Made by a program: the position numbers and the translations under genes
In this document: one piece after another, positions 45,633 through 64,000 of the stretch
Layout of the letters: every line of letters begins with the position of its first letter
Position numbering within the stretch: position 1 is the first letter of the stretch
The notes under the pieces: model-generated
Databases searched by the model: none
Told to the model about the DNA's origin: nothing
Seen by the model: the letters and a program-made list of their open reading frames with translations, nothing else
Source: Macrostomum lignano
Taxonomy: Eukaryota
Length of the DNA stretch: 64,000 nt
Assembly (NCBI GenBank): GCA_002269645.1
Contig: NIVC01000418.1
Location: forward strand, 120,813 to 184,812
Direction: 5' to 3'

Positions 45633-46338
45633 CTAGGACGAAAACCCGTCGGAATCGTTTAAACCATGCCAATAGTAGCGACCTATGGCTCGTTCTCTTT
45701 GCCACCTGAGTTTCTGGGCTCTCCATCGGCCCACAGAGCGGCGCTCACGCCCAGGCCGCAGGCAACCCACCGCCAGCCTTCGCGCGGCTCGCCGCTGCCC
45801 TTGCAGTCTAGTAGCCGCCCATGCCACACGGATCCGCCATCCGCGAGTACACTCTGCTGAACTGCGAGTTGATGAAGCTTAATCTCTGCAGCATCCAACA
45901 CGTCGGCCATGATTTCGAGACTGAACTCACTGTCGCACCTCAGCTCTGCTGCCATGCAGTTGGCTCAGGGTTGGATTACAGCTTGTACTTCACTCCGCAC
46001 AGCTGCTCATCGTAGTCAGACGGACACAGCCTTCCTGGCTGCAGAAAGAGCCGACCAGTGGCTGAGCAGCTGCAGAATTTCTCACCCGTTTGCTGCACCT
46101 GACAGCTGGCACTGACGTGCGCAGTGCTGAAAGCCTGAAAGCGCGACTGAGCACAGCAGGGCCGGAGCACTCGGCCTCCGATGCAGCCCGGCTCTGATGG
46201 GCATCTTCGTGAATTCGCTGTTGATGCAGACTGGCGTTGACCACCATGAATGAATCCTTCGGGGTGCAGCCACTGCCGCCAGTGGCCTGGGAGCCGAGGA
46301 TGCAGAGAGTCAGGAGGGCTCTGTTGATGAATGTTCAT
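45633..46338 (-). pseudogene. Decayed secreted PAN/Apple + C-type-lectin gene
   Basis: Pieces in different frames: signal-like TFINRALLTLCILGSQATG; PAN-like EAECS/PCCAQSRFQAFS..SCQ; CTL-like SVWHG...GWRW...WADGEPRNSGGKEN and YWHGLND; several frameshifts and in-frame stops; no introns evident. Confidence 0.65.
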
Positions 46339-47641
46339 GAATAGTGTTCAGAGATCAGAGAGATACATGTGTAACGTAACTTCGATTTTTGAGTTCTAAC
46401 CGCATGCAGTCAGCTGCTTACAAAGCCTGGCGTGGTACATTGCAGACATTTTAATGTCGAATTAATGGTCATTTAGATTTATTAAATTGCATCATAACTT
46501 TTAATAAATGCTAATCTGGCAAAAAGCTGCAACACTTTTTTTCATGGCATATCGTCTCCTATACCACTCTTGTGCCCTTCACGCAAATTCATTCCTTAAT
46601 CGTGCAATTCATCAAATTTGCAACTTAAAATCAATACAGCATTGCTAATAAAATACGGATTAATATTCAATATTCCGTGCATCAGGTAAGACAGTGTGAA
46701 GTGAATAAATCGACTACCGTTGCAGCTCACCTGGAGAAAGGACCCACACTGAATCGAAGCAGATATACGATTTACAAACGAACAAAAATAACCACCGTCT
46801 TGCTCTACCGGGTATTGTCCCATTTGAAAGTTGGTTCTGAAAGTACAGATGCTCATTCTGCCCGATCTGCCGAGATCTTTTTTTCTGAAGCACCCTGATA
46901 GGAACCCAATTAAACGAAACTCGGAAACGTATAAAGTAAAGGACTGAGTAAAAAAGTGTACAGTGATTTGCTATTAACTTTTTATAAGGATTGAAAATTA
47001 AAACTTACACCGCTGTCACTCATATTTTTGACGTTTAAGTTAAAATTTTATTTGTATGCATATTTCTTAGAAAATTGCACTAATTTAATTGTACAAACTA
47101 ACAAGGACGGGTGCACGCATACTAAAATTTAAGTTTTGTATCTCGCAAAAAAATACAGTGAAAGTTTGAAGTAAAATATTTGATTTGAAATTTAATTATT
47201 ACCAAATCGGAATTAGTAATTGGAATTGTCTTTAGACTAGTCTTGAGTTGGACCTATATTAGTGTATCTTACTTGAATGGTAGTAAATACTAAATCCTAA
47301 GCCTCCGAGGAATAAACTATCCAATTTTCAATATATTGTCTTGTCTTGTCTACTTATTTTATAGATGCATATTGTGTTAATATTTTACAATAAATTTATT
47401 AATAAGGCCTAAGACAAATACAAAGTGAAATAAATAGGCCTTAAGCCAAGGTCTGGAATCTGGATTCTTATTTACAAAATAGTCTGAGAGTTTTTCAACT
47501 TTCAAAATTTTAAGTTCCCAAGTCTTTGTCTTTGCTTTTGATAGTTAGCCCAAAGTAAAGTGTAGGACAACAAATTTTTTTATATTGCATTATTACTATT
47601 ATTAGGCTTTGATTGTTCTACTAGGCCTGGTCTACTTCAAA

Positions 47642-57401
<9,760 letters not shown>

Positions 57402-58034
57402 TTGCCAAAACGTTTTCAAGCCTGCAGTAATTTAAAAAATTCGTTACAGTGTTCACCTTGATAATCATAACTGTTCAATTGTTTGCCTAACCGACATCAA
57501 CTACTACTATATCGTTTGCATTTACAATGCCCCTGTTCAACCTTAACCATCATTTAATAACAATGTTTAAACTCTTCAACAACTTGAGTTTACCGGCTTA
57601 CCCCATTTAAGTTTCTTTTTTGTCTGCATGAAAATGTTTTTATTGCCAATTTGCACTTTAACTGTTGTTAGTAATATAAATCTGTTCTTAATGCTATGCA
57701 TTGTTGTCCGTTTTAACTGCATCCCTCCCAAATCCGACTATGAAAAAGGTAGCAATTGACAAGCCTTGACACCTTATTAATCTTCTTTCCTTATAATGTC
57801 GCCGTCTATGCTTGATAAGCAAAAATAAACTAAATAGCAAATTTGAACAAGCGCAGTTCGCTTGTTGATCAGCTGAATTGACTTGAAAATTTAATAATTA
57901 ATAGTAATAAATCAAAATTGAGGTCTAGTTTCTCTCTTCAGTTTTTTCGTCCCATCTAATCTTCTAATTAGCAAATTAATATTATTAAATTAGTAAATAT
58001 CGATAATAATTACATAGTAGGCTTTAGCATAGTA

Positions 58035-58290
58035 GTTTTTTGTTTTCAGCAAAACATTAGCAGTAAAATGCAAATCGCACTACTCAATAGTAGGCCACGC
58101 GTTATTTGTTTTCAGCAAAACATTAGCAGTAAAAATGCAAGTCGCACTACTCAATAGTAGGCCACGTGTTTTTTTGTTTTCAGCAAAACATTAGCAGTAA
58201 AAAATGCAAATCGCACTACTCAATAGTAGGCCACGTGTTTTTTGTTTTATGCAAAACATTAGCAGTAAAATGCAAATCGCACTACTCATT
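58035..58290 (+). repeat. Four tandem 66-69-bp copies of the esterase acceptor/start-codon module
   Basis: ttttgttttcag-caaaacattagcagtaaaa-ATGcaaatcgcactactc repeated; ATGs at 58068, 58135, 58204 and 58270. Confidence 0.9.
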
Positions 58291-60796
58291 TGCGGAGTTT
58301 TATTTGCTCTGCTGGCCTATTCCGTGTACGAGCCGATGCCGGACTACGTGTTGGACCGGGGATTTCTAACGCTGGGCCATTCAGTCTGGCGAATATTTGA
58401 CGCTGTGGTATAGCCAATTGAATTGTATCGCTTTGATTCTGACCGCATTTTGAAATCACTTTCATAACGCCAATGTTTCCCCATAAGCAAAAGTGTACTA
58501 TTGTCGCAAAAGGACACGTGCCAACTTGTGTTGAAAAAGTACACGTGCACTTTTGGAGTGCGTGTACTTTTTAGAAGTATGCGTGTTCTTTTATGTTTTG
58601 GGAGTATGTGTTATTTTGTTTTGGGAGTATGTGCGTACTTTTGTTTTCGGAGTAACTACGCGCGTATTTTTGTTGCAAAAGTACACTGTCAAAATTGTCC
58701 CGCTTGGGCTTTTGCTGCAAGAGTAAAATTGTAGATCTGTACACTAGCTAGAAGTACTACGATTACTTACAAAAGTACACATGTACCCTGATTGCAAGAT
58801 TCCACAGCTATTTTGTACTTTAAAAATTAATTCAGAGTACTATTGTACTTTTGTTGAAAAGTACTCTTGTGACATTGTCGCATGGGCTTACAGTTTCGCT
58901 GGTATACTATCAATATAGTAAACAGAAATGTTATAGCAGTTCGGTAAATCTCTACATTTATTCTCCCTGATCTAGGGCGACCTCACCGAGTACTTTTGCA
59001 TCTGCGAATCCGAAGTTGTTCGCCGCCAGGTATTTAGCCTAATCTTGCCACCGCCAAAGAACACTAGCAGAGTGTTATTCACCTACGAACAGTTCGCCGA
59101 CTCCAGGACATTGGTTGCTAGGCCATTAAAACCGAGCGGTGCCGCTTTGATCTATATTCACGGCGGCGGCTGGGCGGTGGGCTCGCCCGAGATGTTCAGC
59201 GAAACCTACGAAGAGCTGGCTGATAAGACTGGCATCACCGTGTTCGCCGTGCGGTCAGTCTGGGTTGCCATTGTGCTGCGATCATTATATTATTATAAAG
59301 TACAGAATGTACTGTTTTGTTTTCACCTACTTCCGGCAATTGGTATTATTTCAGTGCTGTCAGCAATGGGAATCCCATTATCAATAAAATATCCCCATTA
59401 GTAATTGGAAATCCCATCATCAATAAAAATATCCCCATTAGTAATTAAAACTGCCATTATCAATAAAAATATCCCCATTGGTAATTGGAAATCCCATCAT
59501 AAATAAAAAGTATCACAGATAGTTTTCGGAAATCCCATTATCAATAAAAATATCCCCATTAGTAACTTGAATCCCATCATTGCCAGAATATATTTTAGCA
59601 ATATATCATTTGAAATACGGTAATTTAGCCGTCGCACTACTGTCTAGTATTCTCCAGTAGTAACAAGCGACTTTAAGCATTAATTTTGACATCCAATCAA
59701 ACCCCAAACCAGCTATCGACTGGCGCCCGAGCAGCCGTTCCCGGCCGCCTTCGACGACTGCCTGTCGGCTACGCTGGCGATTTTCGACGCCGCCAAGTCG
59801 CTCGGCCTCGACGCCGGTCGCATCGCCATTGCCGGAGACAGCGCTGGCGGTCAGCTGACTGCGTCAATTGTGCAGCAGCTTCGCCGATCTGGCAGTCCTC
59901 ACCGGCCGAAGCTGCACCTCATGGTGTACCCGGTGACCCAGGTGGTCAACCTGCGGACCGGTTCCATGCTGCAGCACACGAACGCGCCGATTCTCAAAGC
60001 AGAGCACATGCCCAGGTATGTGAGCCTCTATTTGGCTGGCTCGGCCGTTGCTGCTAGATGGATTGCCGAAAATGGTCACGTGACCCCTGCTGTGCGAGCG
60101 GCGTACGAGACCGCTACAGGACAGGTGAGTTGCGGTCGCTTTACTCACGGATGAGTGCTTTAAGTGCTGTACATTTAGCACTTTAAAGCTAATTTGTACT
60201 TCTGACCGACTTTGTACTTTTAGGTTCGTTTGTACTAGTTAGTAGATTAAGGGGTCGTAGCCTAGTGGTTAGAGCGTCGGACTAACGGCTAAAAGGTCGG
60301 GAGTTCGATTCTCAGCCGTACGCAGCCTTCAGATGCGCCGCGCAATAGCTGCGGCTGAGCTGTCGGTTGCACGTCTGCCCATTGGGGCAGGTGTAATCAG
60401 TTATTATATTATATCATTACTGTTATTTGTACTTCTTAGTGCATTTGCACTTTTGGAATTGCAGACTCTGCCTGCAGCTGCCGCTGTTGAGGCCGCCTCA
60501 GCCGGCATCCGCGACTCGGTTGCCAGTCGCGTAGCGTCCCTAGCAACCGACTGGCGCGTGTCCCCGTTGCTAGCGACCGATCTGGACCAGCTGGACCTGC
60601 CGCCAGCCCACATCTTGGCCTGCCAATTCGACCCGCTATTCGATGACGCAATCATGTACGCCAATCGGCTGCAGCGGGCCGGGGTTCGAACCCGGCTGAT
60701 CAAGTACCGAACCTATCACGGGCGATGTCGCTTCCTCGGGACGGATTAGAGATTCGAGTCTACGTGACCAAGATGCTGCTGGAGGAGCTGTCTTAA
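58204..60796 (+). CDS. AADAC/NCEH1-like carboxylesterase (GDXG/HSL family), paralog 1, with an apparent 1-bp frameshift near the C-terminus
   Basis: Exons 58204(or 58270)-58407, 58976-59253, 59713-60124, 60465-60796. N-terminal anchor; IYIHGGGW; YRLAPEQPFPAAFDDC; IAGDSAGG; CQFDPLFDD; TYHG. After YHG the natural-looking end (AMSLPRDGLEIRVYVTKMLLEELS-stop) lies in another frame. Confidence 0.88.
59365..59585. repeat. ~40-bp array (cccattatcaataaaaatatccccattagtaattggaaat)n
   Basis: About 5 units. Confidence 0.85.
60251..60323 (+). mobile_element. tRNA-like SINE head (truncated copy)
   Basis: GGGGTCGTAGCCTAGTGG...GAGTTCGATTCTC with A and B boxes; anticodon stem does not pair. Confidence 0.7.
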
Positions 60797-61269
60797 GGGA
60801 TCGCGATTTTGCAACTACGTTCAGTAGTTTTTGTCAGTAGCGTCAGTTATTAAATGAATTGCGTACAGGCCAAAAAATCGGTATTTTTTACTGCTTTCTG
60901 AATCCTTTTTGGTCATAATTATGATTTTTACTACTGTTATTTATTTGATCTTAGTAGTCTTTGACGTAGTTTGTCCGTATAAATTATTTTCTGTCTTTTA
61001 ATTTGTTTATTTGATTAAGGTTCGTTCTTGCGAAGTTAGAATTTCCACTTTCTAGTGCTTCAATTTGTTGCTATATACATTTTTCAGTAGTGATGATTAT
61101 AACTCATGCAATTTTTAATAAATATTTTTTTAAAGTTTTCAGGTGATATCTCATTTCCAACTAACAATACATGTACATCGCTTTCAATTTATTGCTAGTT
61201 TTTTAAAAATCGGTTTGAGCATAAACCTAGCTCAAAATGTACAAAGCGGTATGGAGAATCATCTGCCCC

Positions 61270-61460
61270 AATCCCAATGTACACAGTTGCATTGAGAACT
61301 CTGCTCCACTACCAATGTACACAGTTGCATAGAGAACTCTGTCCCACTCCCAATGTACACAGTTGCATAGAGAACTCTGCCCCACTACCAATGTACACAG
61401 ATGCATAGAGAACTCTGCCCCACTACCAATGTACACAGTTACATAGAGAATCTCCTCCCA
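61270..61460. repeat. 38-bp array (ccaatgtacacagttgcatagagaactctgccccacta)n
   Basis: About 5 units between the two esterase genes. Confidence 0.9.
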
Positions 61461-61804
61461 CTGTACCCGATGTGCGCAATGTCCTGGCCTAATGTACTTA
61501 TTGTACTCATCATAGAAAATCCAACCCAATAACTATATTTTACATCTTCTAATTCAGCTCTAATCTTGATGGGCTGCTGCAGCTGCCGTTTTCTGCTTTT
61601 TTTAAGTGCCGCTTCAGCTTGTCTGCTGGCGTACGGCTTGTACGAACCTCTGCCAGACTTTAGTCAGGACCGCGCTCTGCTGGCACTGAGATGCGCCGCA
61701 CTTAAGACTTTAACTGCTTTAGTGATTGTGCTATGTTTGACTATTTTCAGTAGAGAGTTCAGACTGTTAATCATTTTCTATCCCAATACTCTTTAATGGA
61801 GCTA

Positions 61805-62228
61805 CTATAGCTTTTGTCATGCTATCTCAGCCTAGGGACATCCAATCTCAGCCAGCCCCATTCCGCAATGCGTTTTTTGGCTCGAGCTAGTCGAGTTTTA
61901 CCATAGACATGCTTCTTAAGGCCATGCTATCTCAGCCTGGGACATGCAATCTCAGCCAATATAGATTTCAATTGCAAACAGATCTCAATGCTATCATTTC
62001 TGTAACGTGACATGAAATGGCAACAAACAGCAATAAATGAACGCAGCAAGAAAAGTCAGTAAGAGTCTGAAAAGTGGCTGAGATTGCATGTCCCAGGCTG
62101 AGATAGCATGGCCTTAAGAAGCATGTCTATGGTAAAACTTGACTGGCTTACGTAAAAAATCGCACTGTTGAGATGGGCTGGCTGAGTTTGGATGTCTCTA
62201 GGCTGAGATAGCATGACAAATACTATAG
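61805..62228. mobile_element. Foldback MITE with ~165-bp inverted arms
   Basis: ctatagcttttgtcatgctatctcagcc...gggacatgcaatctcagcca mirrored by tggctgagattgcatgtccc...ggctgagatagcatgacaaatactatag. Confidence 0.88.
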
Positions 62229-62495
62229 AAGAGTTTTAGAAATGTTCTATTCCTGCATCCGCATGGGCTAGATTACGAGATAGCAATCTCTTCTATATTA
62301 TTATTTAACAAAGAGCTGATACTTGGAAAAATCTAAAAATGCTTTGAGAGTAGAATTTTGCGGAAAGGTTAACTTTGTTATAAGAATTGAGAACCAGTGC
62401 AAAGCCGGTGAATTTCTGTCCGGCTGATAAATTGAATCAACGTCTATGGTCGAATCCTAATCCCATTGTTTAATTGGCTTTATTTATATCAGATA

Positions 62496-62781
62496 TATAG
62501 CTTTTTGCGTTCAATTTAAGAATTTGAAGTGAGCATGGCCACATTGGCTGCAAGTGGCGGCTGGCAGAGATGTCTATGGTAAAAAATGGGGGTCTCGCTG
62601 TGGGCCAAAACCGTTTTTGCGTTCAATTTGAAAACCATAGACTTTGCCTTTGTTCATGTTAGAGACGTTTCATCTTTGATCGATCCTTCCTGCGATCTAT
62701 CTGTCAGTTAAATTGCTATTTCAACTCAGCGCGATCTTAAATTGAATGCAACTTTTCTGAACTTGAACGCAAAAAGCTATA
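62496..62781. mobile_element. MITE with tatagctttttgcgttcaa TIRs
   Basis: 19-bp terminal inverted match; internal gtctatggt/accatagac motifs shared with 61805-62228. Confidence 0.7.
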
Positions 62782-62834
62782 TTATGAGATCAATTTGCAG
62801 CTACCCTCTGGTTTTGATGGATAGGTATTATTTA

Positions 62835-63080
62835 TTACACCTGCTCTAATAGGCAGATGTGCAACCGACAGCTCAGCCGCAGCCATTGCGTGACGCATCT
62901 GAAGGCTGTGTACGGCTGTTCAGTCCAAGGACTGGGGGATCGCCACACACAGCCTCAATTACCCCAGCTAATGCTGGCAACCATTTTACAGCTGGGTGAA
63001 CTGAAGCAATGCAGAGTTAAGTGTCTTTCTCAAGGACACAAATTGTTCCAGGTGGGATTGGGAATCGAACCCCGACCTCC
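62835..63080 (-). mobile_element. tRNA-derived SINE copy (5'-truncated head)
   Basis: Same core and 3' part as 17865-18115; B box (gggttcgattc on the minus strand) retained. Confidence 0.8.
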
Positions 63081-63618
63081 CCCGAAACCCCAGAACCCCC
63101 GAGAATAAGAGTAAGATAAAGCATGCCTTTTGAGAGATTTATGAATGGTAGAGATCCAATAGAGCTCTCAAGATTAAATCACGTGTCTAATAGTATTAAG
63201 AAGAGCATGGATATTGCTTAATCTGACGTATATTTGGTGTACTTTTGCTGCAGGGCCGCCTTATGGAAAGACTGAATCTGGGCAGCTTTGAAACCGCAGC
63301 CCACGTATACTGAGATTTTCCGCGCCAAGCTACACCAGTTCGGTCATTTTCTACTATCGTCAATTTGCCAACAGTCGAACATTAGTTGCTATGCCAAGGC
63401 ATGAGTCTGGGACTGGAGAAAACCGTACTGCTGGAGCAGCAGCGGTTATCTACATTCACGCGGCGGCTGGGCACTGGGTGCGCCTGAGATGCACAATTCT
63501 TTGTGCGAGCAACTGGTTGAGCAGACTGGCATTACGATGTTTGCTGTCAGGTGAGATGATGTGACGCGTCCGTTTATTACAATTCAGTAGGGTCGTACCG
63601 AGAGAATTACCGTACCAT

Positions 63619-64000
63619 TGCATGAAGGAACGGGAGCCATTGCTGCACCCTGCATGCATGAAGGAACGGGATCCATTGCTGCACCCTGCATGCATGAAGG
63701 AACGGGAGCCATTGCTGCACCCTGCATCATGAAGGAACGGGAGCCATTGCTGCACCCTGCATCATGAAGGAACGGGAGCCATTGCTTCACCCTGCATCAT
63801 GAAGGAACGGGAGCCATTGCTGCACCCTGCATCATGAAGGAACGGGAGCCATTGCTGCACCCTGCATGCATGAAGGAACGGGAGCCATTGCTGCACCCTG
63901 CATCATGAAGGAACGGGAGCCATTGCTGCACCCTGCATGCATGAAGGAACGGGAGCCATTGCTGCACCCTGCATCATGAAGGAACGGGAGCCATTGCTGC
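63619..64000. repeat. 35-36-bp minisatellite (catgaaggaacgggagccattgctgcaccctgcat)n
   Basis: About 11 units running off the window end. Confidence 0.93.

Larger units (their letters stand above)
61569..63550 (+). pseudogene. AADAC/NCEH1-like carboxylesterase paralog 2 (5' part; two frameshifts in exon 2; continues beyond the window)
   Basis: Exon 1 61569-61721 MGCCSCRFLLFLSAASACLLAYGLYEPLPDFSQDR (paralogous to LLAYSVYEPMPDYVLDR). Exon 2 63254-63550 aligns to paralog 1 (RQFANSRTLVA; VIYIH-GGGWALGAPEM...TGITMFAV) only with two 1-bp corrections (~63298 and ~63460). Could be assembly error rather than a pseudogene. Confidence 0.7.

Noticed and set aside
46596-46898. Short ORFs with a cag|gtgagc donor
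   Set aside because: No recognisable domain and no exon partners identified.

Overview
Eukaryotic (animal) genomic DNA. GC-rich, Ala/Gln/Gly-rich exons are separated by introns filled with micro- and minisatellites, a style most consistent with a free-living flatworm such as Macrostomum (inference, not proven). Nearly all long ORFs in the supplied track are tandem-repeat artefacts. Hand-splicing with intron-phase checks gives five genes. (1) A minus-strand neuregulin/vein-type EGFR ligand (signal peptide, N-terminal Cys domain, Ig, EGF, TM; 2474-16511) with two candidate TM exons and two candidate EGF-tail exons. (2) A minus-strand 16-exon, 12-TM adenylyl-cyclase-family gene (22581-40615) whose catalytic residues are largely substituted, so it is a probable pseudo-cyclase. 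(3) CARM1/PRMT4 on the plus strand (47642-57401), with an intact DD34D mariner in intron 1. (4, 5) Two tandem AADAC/NCEH1-like (GDXG-family) carboxylesterases (58204-60796 and 61569 to beyond the window end), both carrying 1-bp frameshifts. Also present: a decayed PAN/C-type-lectin pseudogene, several MITEs, copies of a tRNA-derived SINE, and many tandem arrays. No CRISPR array, rRNA or convincing tRNA gene was seen. All exon models were made by eye; no database search was run.
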